64,000 nucleotides of DNA, from NCBI GenBank assembly GCA_002269645.1, contig NIVC01002298.1, positions 1 to 64,000 on the forward strand, written 5' to 3'. The notes under the pieces were generated by a model. That model was not told the origin of the DNA, did no database searches, and saw only the letters and a program-made list of their open reading frames with translations. The translations under genes were made by a program, and so were the position numbers. The stretch comes from Macrostomum lignano (Eukaryota). Numbering within the stretch: the first letter of the stretch is position 1; the number at the start of each line of letters is the position of its first letter. Below, one piece after another: positions 1-11,464 of the stretch.

Positions 1-422
1 TTACAAGGTAGTTCCTTTTAGCCTAGACGCTACTGAAGTATATTGGCGTCTGAAGTCATTCCTGCTGACCCATGAAAATGCTGCTTGCTTTGCTACTGCA
101 TATATCCCATCCGCCGTACATGGTACATGTACGTAGCAGTGTACAATGGTATGCCATGCCAGTGTGTGCGCCGTGAATGCATAGAATTTACTTTAGAGTT
201 CTTTATACGCGTACGGTATGAGCTGGAAATACGAGTAGAAAGAAAAAGTACGCGCTTGTTGTAAAGTTCTAGTGTTCGCCGCTCTTAATTTAGACACAGT
301 TGACCTACAAGGTAGTACCTGCTAAACTAGATTAATTTATTATCCACATGTTGTACTGTCTGTGATCAGGATAAGGCCAGCAGCAATTTTATATAAGTTT
401 AATCTTAGGGATTTACAGAATT

Positions 423-916
423 ATGTCCGCTGGCATTGTGCTCTCCACGCGCGCCCTCGCAGCCAGCCTGGTAGACGAGCGCAGTCTGCCAAGCCACCTG
501 CGCTGCAGCAGCTGCTCCAGCCGGTGACCAACTCATTCCAGACACCGCACGGCTGCCGCCTGTGCCAGTCCTGTGTGGACAGCCTGCCAGCAACCGACAA
601 GGTGCCGTGTCCGGGCAAGAGCGACGCCTGCAAGGACCCTGATGAGGAGATCAACATCTGCCAGTCGTCCTGCTTTCCCGACATCGCATCTCGGCGAGAG
701 CTCACTAAGCTGAAGGTGTTCTGTCCGAATAAGGCCGACGGTTGTCCGGCTGAGTTTCCATGGCGACAGGCCGACGCTCACCTGGCAGATTGCGAATTGA
801 GAAGGTGAAGTGCGAAATGTGCGGTGAGGCAACGCTGAAGAGAGAGTTGGATGAGCACAAGAGGAGCGCTTGCAGACGGAGGCTGGTCAACTGTGATGAG
901 TGTCGTACCAAGTTAA
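423..916 (+). CDS. TRAF-family protein, exon 1 (RING-like domain + TRAF zinc finger); needs two +1 corrections (~517, ~798)
   Basis: From ATG 423: ...HLRCSSCS, then frame change to QPVTNSFQTPHGCRLCQSC...CFPDIASRRELTKLKVFCPNKADGC (TRAF post-RING motif), then frame change to EKVKCEMCGEATLKRELDEHKRSAC (TRAF ZnF). Donor a|gtacag at 917 joined to acceptor 4289 restores C-x2-C-x12-H spacing; donor choice is inferred. Confidence 0.8.
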
Positions 917-1084
917 GTACAGTTACGTACCAGAAGTGCGTACTTTTGCTGGTGACAATTTCCCGTTACAGTTTATAATTTTTTAAACTGATTTATAGTA
1001 ATCAGCAGTTAGACATCTGTTTCTGTTTGTTCAATGTAGGTAGCACAAGCAAATTATAGCACTAGAAACCCTCCACAGCACAAT

Positions 1085-4016
1085 GTTCAGGTGGGGCGCG
1101 TTACTAGAGACGGAAAGCCGCGGAGGGTGTGGCCAAAAGCCTTCATCGCCGTGCCATGAAGACCGGAAACCCGGAGGACATGGAGCTTTTCCGGCAAGCC
1201 TCCCGCAATTTCAAATCTGAAGTGCGCAAGGCCAAGGAATGTAAGTGGCGCCAATTCTGCAATGAATTGGATCAAGACAGACCTACTTCTAGGCTTGTCA
1301 AGGCCCTTACAATGGACAAAATGTCCAAATTAGCCATGATCAAAAAAGATGATGGCTCTCTTACTAAAGACCCTGAAGAAGTGCTTCAGCATATGCTCAG
1401 CACTTTCTTCCCGAGGGTACCTACTGCTAGACCGGAGCCCAACCATTCGATGGATGGAGCCACCCTAGCGGCGGGCATTGTCACTGAAGACCTAATCGCT
1501 CGTGCGGTCAGAACCTTCAAACCCTTCAAATCTCCTGGACCTGATGGTATCTACCCTGTTCTCCTTCGTGAAGCAGCCAAGATACCCTCGTTCCTGAGAC
1601 TCACCCGCAATCTTATGCGGGCCTCTATCCAGCTGGGATACGTTCCCAAATGCTGGACTGAAGCTCGGGTAGTCTTTATTCCCAAACCTGGGAAGGGTGA
1701 CTACCAAAGCGTCAAGGCCTTCCGGCCTATTAGCTTAACGTCAGCAATGCTTAAGCTCACTGAGAGGCTTATTCTCTGGCGGCTGCTGTCCTGCGAGCTG
1801 ACAGCGATGCCCCTCAGCAATAATCAGCACGCCTTCCGTACCGGGAGGTCGACTGACAGCGCCTTGCATGCGATTGTCGAGAAGATTGAAAGGGCGGTAC
1901 TGGGTGACGGTTACGCTCTGGCTCTCTTTCTTGACATTGTTGGCGCCTTCGACAACGTTATCTTTGAAGCGTTTCAGAGGGCCCTTCAAAATCGCAAAGC
2001 TCATGCTACCCTCATACGGTGGATCATGTACATGATCTCCAACCGTACGGTCACTGCCCAACTTCTTGGGCAAACTGCCTCCACCAGAGTCTGTAAGGGT
2101 GGACCCCAAGGCGGAGTCCTCACCCCGACGCTCTGGAACCTGGTCATGGACGCTCTTTTGAGTGACTCCCGACCCGACCCCGTCTTCAAAGTCGGGTATG
2201 CTGATGACGTCACGGCCATTGTGGCAGGACCGTCTCCCAGCACGCTCAGGGATCTGATGCAGAGCTTTATCCGCAAAGCAGAATCCTGGGCCAATGACAA
2301 TGGTCTGGAACTCTCTGAGCCCAAAACCGTTGCCATTATGTTTACCAGCAGACTACGCTGGAACATACGTCCTCTGCAGCTCTACGGCAGAGATATTGCC
2401 TTCGCGCACCAGACCAGATGTCTCGGGGTCATACTTGACCACCGGCTCAACTGGTCCTCCACGTGAAAGCAAAAGCCAAGCGTGCCTCAGCCATCCTGGC
2501 CCAGCTCCGACGAGCACTTGGCACTTCTTGGGGTCTATCCCCAAAGCGGCTTTGGTGGATCTATACTTCCGTAGTTAGACCTGCCATTACGTACGCCTCT
2601 GTTGTCTGGGTTAGCGCTACCCAGGTCAAAAGCCATGCAGACCTGCTCAACACGATCCAAGGCAGAGCGTGTAGGCTCATCTGCAACGCCACCAGGTCCA
2701 CGCCCTTTGCTGGCATGGGGGCCTTCCTTAATCTTCCGCCTCTTGACCTCTTCATCAGGGGTGAGGCGGCTAGAACGACGCGGCGTCTAATTGATGCCGG
2801 CGTCAAATTCATTTACATGAGAGCACCTGCTAAGCGGAACCTTGTCCCGCATAGCGATCTGTGCCTCAACTTTCTCAACGAGTGTCAGGCCAATCGCGTC
2901 TTCACCGATGGCATTGCCTCAACGCTCAACCTGAGACAGCGCTACTCCGTAGCTATCGACTCGCGCGATAACATCAATGACCAATGGAACCCTGGTGAGC
3001 TTCATTGCTACACCGATGGTTCTAAGCAGTCAGCCAACACCGGCTTTGGTGTTGGAATCTTTCTGAACGGGAGGGTCATCGCTACCCACGCTCAATACAC
3101 TGGGGTCAACTCCAGTGTTTTCCAAAATGAAGTTCTGGCCATCAGCTCCTGCACTGCAGAGCTTCTCGCCACTGGCGTTACTGGTAAGAACATCATTTTC
3201 CATTCGGACAGCCAAGCTGCCTTGCACGCCATCAGTGGCTGCAGCACCAACTCTGCTACAGTCCTCGACTGTATCAAACTCCTCAACATGTTGGGTTCCG
3301 CCAACAAAATTACCCTTAAGTGGGTTCCGGGGCATGTGGGGATCCGAGGAAATGAGTTGGCTGACACCCTTGCAAAAGTTGGTGCCTCCGGCTCCTCTCT
3401 CGGCCCCGAACCTCTTGTCCCGATTCCTGGCTGTGTCATCGACTCGCGCATCAAAGCGTGGATCAGGACTCAGCACCGCTCGACTTGGGCGAACCGCACG
3501 AACTGCAGGCAATCCAGAGGCGCTGTCCCTCAGCCCTCTCACCAGCTCCGGAAGCTCCTCTTGCGCCTCTCGCGCAGAGACATCCGGGCTGCCACCATGA
3601 CCCTCTCTGGTCACGGCTGCTTCTCCAGGCACCAGTACCTGCAGGGCAACGCCACCAACGCCACCTGTAGCTTCTGCAACTCAGGTGACGAAACCGCTGA
3701 GCATTTCGTCAGCATCTGTCCCGCCTTCACGCGGGCCAGACTCACTTACCTCGGGCCACACACATCTATTACTGAAGCGTGCAAACCCGAAAACTTTAAT
3801 CAGCTCATGCGCTACCTTCGGGCCACCCGCAGGGCTGAACTCTCCTTTCCAGAGAGCACCATAGCTGCTGGCGACACTGGGGGACCTCCCTGGGCGGCGC
3901 CAACCCTCCGTCCATAGCGACGCGTCGGCCGTTCAGGGACTAGCGGAATGGGCGCCCGCGCCTTCCCGCTGTGTCCCCTTCGGGACAGCCCTGCAGCTAA
4001 GTCAAGTAAGTCAAGT
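1085..4016 (+). mobile_element. 5'-truncated non-LTR retrotransposon, LOA/Lian-like clade (RT + RNase H + C-terminal CCHC), inside the TRAF intron
   Basis: RT motifs FKSPGPDGI, FRPISLTS, LDIVGAFD, GPQGGVLTPTLW, YADD. RNase H motifs YTDGSK, SDSQAAL, WVPGHVGIRGNELAD. CSFC...ETAEHF...C. 3' end is a short taagtcaag tandem. The 5' boundary is approximate. Confidence 0.92.
1129..3917 (+). CDS. LINE ORF2 (RT 1129-2466; RNase H 2463-3917), split by one -1 frameshift at ~2460
   Basis: Adding one C to tcctccacgtg gives NWSSHVKAKAKRA and a single continuous ORF; no other disruption seen. Confidence 0.88.
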
Positions 4017-4289
4017 GCACCCACGTTTACACAAGCACGAGTCCCCTGGGTGCATGAAGCTTTGGCCTTGGGGCATGAGATTGTCAAACTCTAAATTACT
4101 GGACTTGCGTACTGGAATTATAGAGAAATCTTTCATTAATAACACTTTATACTACTTCTGCAGTAGACAGTATAGTGAAATATACCTTTGCTTCCTTAAA
4201 TTTTTACATGTATCGCAGGCATCGCAAAAATAACTTCGTAAAGCCCAATCAATGAAACTTAAATTTAATTATTGATAACCCACAGGTAG

Positions 4290-5503
4290 TTGCTGGCGCG
4301 ATGGACTCCGAGCACAAGAACCTGCAATCGGCGTCCTGCTGTCGGGAGTTCAGAGCTCCGTGTCCGCACTGCCGTGAGGGAAATTTCAAACGGCAAACAT
4401 TTCTCAGCCACCTGTCCCAGTGCCCTCAGAAGCCGACGCCGTGCAGATTTGCTCATCTTGGCTGCGACTTTGTCGCTCCGGCCACAGAGATGGCGGCTCA
4501 CTGCAGCGAAGCAGCCGACAGGCACCTTCAGCTCATCGATGCCAAACTGCAGGTCTCCAGCGCATCAGCTCAGCACAGCCCTGCCAGTGGCTTTCCAGGT
4601 GCGGCTGCAGCTGGTGCAGGTGGTGCAGGTGCCGCAGGTGATGGAGCGTCCGCGGTCACCGTGTAAGGAGAGGCCGTATCCAAGGAGATGAAGGATTTGG
4701 AGCGCAGAGCCATGAATATTTTCAGCAAATTCAAAGGGCTGCAGCCAAACATAGCGACTTGGGCACTGTCTACAATGAGTCTGGAAGACTTCATCAAATC
4801 TTTCGGAGGTCTTCAAGGATTCAAAACAATGCTGACAAATATGGACGACAAGTTGAGACAGATGGAGGCTGCTGAGCGATGTTCCGGGGTCCTAGCGACC
4901 GCAGTTTCAACTACGCCTGCTGAAGTTTGGCGTCTGATGAAGCTGATGCAGACGGTAGCTCTTCAAGAATCCGGTGACTGCACTAAGGATAGCTCTGTGT
5001 GGCCTTTTAATGCGCAGCATCAGACCTCCTTGGACGGTTGCATCACGTGGAAGATTGACGACGTGGCCGCTAGACTTGAGAAGCTGAAGAAAGACGCGTC
5101 CGCCTGCTTGTTCTCGCCGCCGTTCATGTCCAAGCACTGCGGCTACTTTTTCTGCGCTCGGCTGCTTCTAAACGGGCAGGCCGAGCCAGGCGAGGGTCAC
5201 GTGACGGCCCAGTTGGTGCTCAACCGAGGCGAATACGACGACACGCTTGAATGGCCGCTTGTTGCCAAAGTCACTTTCCGTCTGTTTCATCGACAGTCCC
5301 GCTTGGGGGATGCTGTGGCTGAGACAGACCTGACTGCCGAGCGCCCTGCGGCTGCGCCCGATCTGGCAAGGAATGCGACCGTCATGCACTTTGTTAAAAT
5401 GGACACTTTGATGGAGAATTTTGTGAGAAACGACTGCGTCTACTTGGACGTAGAGGTGGAGCCGCGGACCAAAGAGGCATGTCGGCGGTCCCGTCGCAGG
5501 TGA
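4290..5503 (+). CDS. TRAF-family protein, exon 2 (TRAF zinc fingers, linker, MATH/TRAF-C domain); in-frame TAA at 4664-4666
   Basis: CPHC...HLSQCPQKPTPCRFAHLGCDF...HCSEAADRHLQL. MATH motifs DGCITWKID, FSPPF...GYFFCARLLLNG, GEYDDTLEWP, FVRNDCVYLDVEV. ORFs 4301 and 4688 are in the same frame. Confidence 0.85.
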
Positions 5504-5923
5504 TGATGATAGACTTCTGCATGATGCAGCTCTTTGATAATGGGATTTGCATTGATTTTAATTGTTGAATTGAAGGCATGACGTTTGTAATTGTAATTAA
5601 CTTTTTAATGAATTCATGCATAATGTATTCGTCACAAACTTGGACAGTTAATTAAAAAAATTCCTTCTAACGGTGTATTTAAATTTAAGCTTTTCTTTTT
5701 CTTAAAAATGATTTAGATTTTGCCTCAAAATAAACGTGAACTCAAAAATTATTATTTGAGTCAGCTGGTGTAAGAGACTTAATAGATATGTTTTAAGGCA
5801 GTTTAGCTAATGACGCCGCGCAAGTTGCAGCGGTAATTAAGCGGAATAACAAAAAGCAGTTTTGTGTTAAGGCACACCAGGAACCAAAAGCCAGCAGTAA
5901 TTACTGGATTTAAACGGTTTTGG

Positions 5924-6181
5924 TTACAGGACCTCAGTGACAATGGCCTCTAAGTAGGCGCAGCTGCTCTTCACAAACTGCCAGCTTCCCTCATCATCCA
6001 GCTGGTCGCGAAGATGCCGCAGCTTCGCTGGCCAGTCGCGCAGGACGCAGCAGGTTCGCTCCGACGAGCTTTGGTCGATGATGAACGTCTCCGATTGGCC
6101 GGTCAGGCCTCCACAGGATGGATCTCGCAGATCAATCAGGCGGGCTTGCAGGCGGGCTCTTAGGGGCCTCTGGACGGTGCT
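5924..6181 (-). CDS. MATH-only protein A, exon 2
   Basis: Acceptor ttacgcag at 6182, phase 0, 86 open codons STVQRPLRARLQARLID...WQFVKSSCAYLEAIVTEVL*, matching the MATH C-terminal strand (cf. FVRNDCVYLDVEV). Not in the ORF track because it lacks a start codon. Confidence 0.7.
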   Translation of the reverse strand, partial: STVQRPLRARLQARLIDLRDPSCGGLTGQSETFIIDQSSSERTCCVLRDWPAKLRHLRDQLDDEGSWQFVKSSCAYLEAIVTEVL

Positions 6182-6392
6182 CTGCGTAATCGGTGAATGA
6201 ATGCTTCATGGCTGCACCACGGTACACTATGGTTTGCTTGTGGTTCCAGAGGATGCAAAAGCATCTCGCATGCAATCGCATTATTTTAGTTTTAAGGCGC
6301 TTAAGCTGAACTACAGCAGGACGCTATCTGCATGTACAAGAACTCGTAACTTTTGTCCCTGCTCGCGAGTTGGGTTAATCGGCTCGGCTTAC

Positions 6393-6806
6393 CTGCAACA
6401 GAAGCAGCTCAACTTCCAAGGCAGCTTCATCTTCACCACCAGCCTCTGTCGCCGGGGCCGCTCGCAGCTGCAGACGAAGTCGAGACCTAGCGTCCGGCCA
6501 CTTGAAGTCCGGCGAAGCCAGCGAACTCTGCCGGGCACTGGCTCCGCTCTGCAGGCGCAGTCTCGGGTGGGGGTAGTTGATTTTCCACACGAATCGCCCT
6601 TCAATGCAGCTCGGCGAGGCCAGAAGTTCGAGCAGGCGGCAGCAGGCGTCGAAGCGTTCGGGCTGGAGGTCTCCTGGCCAGACACCCTCTTGCGATCGGT
6701 AGTCCATCACACTGCTCAGCAGCTGCTCAATTTGCTCTTTCACGGCGTTGACTTGATTGGCCAGGGTCATCGGAGCAGTGCCTGCAGCTTCTTGCGTGTG
6801 CTCCAT
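6393..6806 (-). CDS. MATH-only protein A, exon 1
   Basis: EGRFVWKI and SPDF MATH N-terminal motifs; ends at cag|gtaagc donor, phase 0. Confidence 0.75.
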
Positions 6807-7245
6807 CGCTCGCTGAGATCCTGTGGAAAGCTGGGACTAAAGTTTCGCCTTTCTGTAATGCTTAGCTGCATGCTTATTCTTATAGAGAAAGCGGAGGCGT
6901 TATGGCGAGACCCGCGGGAATCCCCCGTGAAACCCCTGCAGTTAAATATCAGGTACTGTACTAGGAAGTTTTGTCGTCATTGCTGCACAGCTGTTCTATT
7001 TTTATCCCCGCCTGCTCCCTGCCCCAGGCAGTTTAGCTGTGAACGGCTACGCTATACTAGAGCTGGAGTACACTTGCTGCAAATGGCGAGGGAATTCCAT
7101 GGCTTTTTTTACAATCGAGGCCTTGCCCATGGCACCGCCATTGTCTTGACTACAAAACAAAGGGAACTTTTACCTTGCCGAAAAATGTCTCCATTAGCTA
7201 CTAAACTGAGACATATTGAAGCTCTTCACTGGTTTGCCGCCATCA

Positions 7246-7851
7246 ATGTCGCACGGACCGGATGCTCAGCAGGATGTGGCAGCCATCGATCAGTGCAAGC
7301 AGTCGATTTTGCAAGCCCTGACTGCTCAGGAGACTTCAACGGACGATGCCATGCTGCAAGAGGCGATACATGAGAGCAACCGTCTCCAGCTTTTGCTCTG
7401 CGAACCTTGCGACACTGGGATGACTGTGCTCAAAATCGTTGAGCCTGAGCGTTGGGCCAGGCTGAGCTCAAGGCATCGCATCCAGCTGCTCTCCAACCAT
7501 TTCTATTTTGACAGCCCCAATGAACCCCGCTATGGGTACAAGTTTCAACTGAGGCTGCAGCTCGAGGATGGCTCGGCCACGGCTGCCGTGCTGGCAGCTG
7601 TCGGTGAGTTCGATGACCTGCTGACGTGGCCGATGGCCGGACCAGTTTCGGCCGAGTTCGGCTCGGAGAGATGCAGCTTCGGTAGAGCGCCGTTTCTCCG
7701 CAATGTCCACCGTCCGACTTTGACTACTGGAGCAGCTGCCGATGAAGAGGAGCCACTCTGCTGCCAGATGCAGCTACCTGAGAACTGGCTCAGGGAGGCC
7801 ACAGTTAACAATGCGGCCTACCTGACCGCCCACCTGACTGCATCATTCTGA
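7246..7851 (+). CDS. MATH-only protein B (intronless, divergent TRAF-C-like)
   Basis: PCDTGMTVLKI, SNHFY...GYKFQLRL, GEFDDLLTWP, NNAAYLTAHL. First ATG is at 7246. Confidence 0.8.
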   Translation: MSHGPDAQQDVAAIDQCKQSILQALTAQETSTDDAMLQEAIHESNRLQLLLCEPCDTGMTVLKIVEPERWARLSSRHRIQLLSNHFYFDSPNEPRYGYKFQLRLQLEDGSATAAVLAAVGEFDDLLTWPMAGPVSAEFGSERCSFGRAPFLRNVHRPTLTTGAAADEEEPLCCQMQLPENWLREATVNNAAYLTAHLTASF

Positions 7852-8610
7852 GGTGCTCCTAAGATTGTAAACCCATTCCCGTTGAGAAAGGCATCAGTGA
7901 AATGCTTTGAACAGCTTTGGTTTTTATGTGTAGAGCAGCTGTTTCTGAGCTCAACCAGCAGCAATATCCAGATTTTTCTTACTAATTTTATGAATTTTTA
8001 ATCACCTTTTTTTCTGATACTTTTGCTTTCAATGAAAATATTTTGACATTTTCTTCTATTTTGGCTTGAAACGCCAGTTTGTTTATCCTGGGTATCTTTC
8101 AGCAGACAGCCATGTCTCGTTAGGTAGGAAGAACTTAAATTTTATCAAAGAGTGCCTGCCTTTTCTTTTCTTCTGTTAAGTTTGTGCTCTATAAATAAAT
8201 CAATATACAGCCCCATTTTCAAGGTAAATTTGCTTTAGTAATGTTAACTGGATAGTACGCTCGTACTTTAACAGATTTTTTAAATTACTAATAAATTCAG
8301 TTACTAATTACTCTAGGGATTTTCCATGAAAACGGAGTGGATAAGTCTGCGTCTATTTTTAGAGCATTATTAATAAAGTACTTTCAACCGGGTACCAAAC
8401 TGTGACACTTGGCTGGTCTATTATTATCTAGAACTGGGAATCCCATGGAGGTGCCGCAGCGCGTACATTGCCGCCAGTTTCTGGCGCCCAACTTCTGTTT
8501 TCGTGGGCTAACCGCGGATGCACCTCTGCCTGCACCTGGCTGGCTATACATACAAACCCGAGACCATTCCCGGGTCAGCAGAAATCAGCAACCAGCAATT
8601 CAGCAACACC

Positions 8611-9207
8611 ATGGCTCATAACCAGTCGAAGAAGCAGCTAAAAGAAAAAGTAGACCTGCATCTGCGGGCCGCTCTGATGGCCACCAACAATCCCGCGCTC
8701 CAGATCGAGCACCAGAAGACCGCGGAGACGGCGCACCACGCGCTCCAGAAGGTGCTGGAGGCCCCCTGCGACACTGGAGACACCTGCCTGAAAATCTTCC
8801 AGCCCGATCAGTGGCGGCAGCTGAGCTACCAACAGACAGTCGCGCAGCTGTCGAACCACTTTTACAGCCCAATTGAGGCTGGCAACCCGTACAGCTTCAT
8901 CCTGAAGCTGAAGATCGAGCAGGGCGCGGCCGCAGCTGCAGTGCTGACTGTTCCCGGACAGCTGGACGACCTGCTGACGTGGCCGATTGTCCGGCAAGTG
9001 TCGGCCGAGTTTGTCGGTGGCAAATTCCAACCTAACGGGCGCGCCTTCGGCGTCGTGAATTTTCGACCCGATGTCGACCGGCCGAGTGAGTCCGACGGCG
9101 ATGAGAGGCGGCGCTGCTGCGAGCTGCAGCTGCCGGAGGACTGGCTGGACGCCGCAACCGTCGGGGAGGCCGCCTACCTGCACGTGCACACGAAGGCGAT
9201 GCAGTGA
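8611..9207 (+). CDS. MATH-only protein C, tandem paralog of B
   Basis: PCDTGDTCLKI, SNHFY, GQLDDLLTWP, LPEDWL, AAYLHVH align with B. The 3' flanks share gtaga(a)gcagctgttt (7930 and 9411). Confidence 0.8.
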   Translation: MAHNQSKKQLKEKVDLHLRAALMATNNPALQIEHQKTAETAHHALQKVLEAPCDTGDTCLKIFQPDQWRQLSYQQTVAQLSNHFYSPIEAGNPYSFILKLKIEQGAAAAAVLTVPGQLDDLLTWPIVRQVSAEFVGGKFQPNGRAFGVVNFRPDVDRPSESDGDERRRCCELQLPEDWLDAATVGEAAYLHVHTKAMQ

Positions 9208-9599
9208 GCGGTGCAGTTTTGTTAAAACTCGTGCTGACCTGACAGTGACCACAGCTGCACTGTAGTTTTATGAGACTAACTCGCCATGCGCATGAAATGC
9301 AGAGGTTTGGGGCGCGTATAAAAATTGAAAGCAACAACCTTCAGTAGAATGCTGGCAGAAGGATTTTTATGGCCCAGAACTCTGTGTGCGGCTTTTGTGC
9401 GCACTCTAGCAGTAGAAGCAGCTGTTTATTCAATTTCATTTTCATGCTTTACTTATTCTGAAATATTTTGTATTTGAATTGCTGCTGCTCGGATTATACC
9501 GAATCTCGTTTCGAGTTGAGACCTCAAAGTTACTCAATTTACCTGTCACTTTTTTGTTCTCGAGTCTTTGTTTTAATTTTTAAATAATTGTGAGAAAAT

Positions 9600-9843
9600 A
9601 TGAAAATGGGAGGAGGGAGTTGGGAAAAGAGAGATAAGAGGAGAGGAGAAAGATGACAGAAGAGAGATGAGAGGAGAAAAAGGGAGGAGAGGAGAGGAGA
9701 GGCGAGAGGAGAGAAAAGAGAGGAGAGGGGAGAGAGGAGAACTGAGAATAGACACAAACCATGAGGGTGTCGGATTGCTATTGTGAAGTTTCAAAGGACC
9801 CGAGGGCTGGATGGCCCGTGGGCCGGAGTTTGGCGACCCTATT
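9600..9843 (+). mobile_element. Degenerate 3' half of the hAT-type MITE found at 15301
   Basis: gctattgtg..gtttcaaaggacc.gagggc.ggat...gggccggagtt.g.cgaccc matches 15860-15930; GA-rich body similar. Start is approximate. Confidence 0.6.
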
Positions 9844-9862
9844 GTAGGGGCAATGACGCTAT

Positions 9863-10590
9863 TAGAGCAGCTGTTTCTGAGCTCAACCAGCAGCAATATC
9901 CAGATTTTTCTTACTAATTTTATGAATTTTTAATCACCTTTTTTCTGATACTTTTGCTTTCAATGAAAATATTTTGACATTTTCTTCTATTTTGGCTTGA
10001 AACGCCAGTTTGTTTATCCTGGGTATCTTTCAGCAGACAGCCATGTCTCGTTAGGTAGGAAGAACTTAAATTTTATCAAAGAGTGCCTGCCTTTTCTTTT
10101 CTTCTGTTAAGTTTGTGCTCTATAAATAAATCAATATACAGCCCCATTTTCAAGGTAAATTTGCTTTAGTAATGTTAACTGGATAGTACGCTCGTACTTT
10201 AACAGATTTTTTAAATTACTAATAAATTCAGTTACTAATTACTCTAGGGATTTTCCATGAAAACGGAGTGGATAAGTCTGCGTCTATTTTTAGAGCATTA
10301 TTAATAAAGTACTTTCAACCGGGTACCAAACTGTGACACTTGGCTGGTCTATTATTATCTAGAACTGGGAATCCCATGGAGGTGCCGCAGCGCGTACATT
10401 GCCGCCAGTTTCTGGCGCCCAACTTCTGTTTTCGTGGGCTAACCGCGGATGCACCTCTGCCTGCACCTGGCTGGCTATACATACAAACCCGAGACCATTC
10501 CCGGGTCAGCAGAAATCAGCAACCAGCAATTCAGCAACACCATGGCTCATAACCAGTCGAAGAAGCAGCTAAAGGAAAAAGTAGACCTGC
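9863..10590 (+). repeat. ~729-bp near-identical duplicate of 7931-8659, including the promoter and first 16 codons of MATH gene C (ATG 10542)
   Basis: Direct sequence match, offset ~1931-1932; the duplicated ORFs are visible in the track (8409/10340, 8518/10449). Confidence 0.95.
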
Positions 10591-11464
10591 TGGATGGCCC
10601 GCGGGCGGAGTTTGCCGACCCTGTTGTAGGGGCAAATGACGCTAACCAGAGAAATGACGCTAACCAGAGAAATGACGCTCCAATTGAAGGAGATAACCGA
10701 GGAAGGAAATTGCAATTATGACACCTCAAAAAATATATCCAAAACAGATACGCGCAACTATGACGCAGTAAAAATTCTTTCTAGCCTACTGCAAGTAGAA
10801 ATGTTAATTTATTTTTTTACACATCCAAACGATAAAAGTAAAATAAAATTCCCAGAAATTGTTAAAGATTAAAACGTCTACCAAACAATAAGACGCAAAC
10901 TAGCTAAAAAAACTAAAAGAAAATTCATATGACTAATGTATCATTTCAAAGCACTCCATTTGATTCTATATATTGGCAGCGCTAGTTAGAGATGCTGAGA
11001 GTAGCGGGCAGTCTGTCTGCGTCATTCGTTGTCGGGAAGTGCATCATACATGTACTGTGTACTTCTGCATTTCTGCATGTACTTCTGCATTTGCCACTCG
11101 ATTCGGAATTCGACAGGAGTGATACGCTCTTAATTTGCTAACAATAGGAATTCGGTATTACGAGCGTAGGAATTTTGACGTTTCCTAAGTTGTAATACAG
11201 TTGTACGTGTAAACTGCATATACAGGTTGGCGAAAAGGTGGCGTGGCGTGATAGGCTACGCCAACACCCCCGGCTTAGCGAGCCGGCTAGCTTGACGCAG
11301 CCACCCACCTCAGCTAGACAGAGGTTGGGGGTTTCCAGTGCGGCTGCACTGGTGCTTGCGGTCGCATACATACTGGCCGCCACAGGCATATTTACTCGTG
11401 TTTAGAGGTAACTTTCTGAGCTGTCTCAAGAATTCTGTAGCTTCTGAGCTAATAAAATTTGCAA

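Noticed and set aside
754-767. X-box-like GTTTCCATGGCGAC (also GTTACCATGGAGAC at ~36106)
   Set aside because: Inside coding exons; treated as chance matches.
6201-7373. 390-aa plus-strand ORF
   Set aside because: Antisense shadow of MATH gene A plus intergenic DNA; non-ATG start and no motifs.
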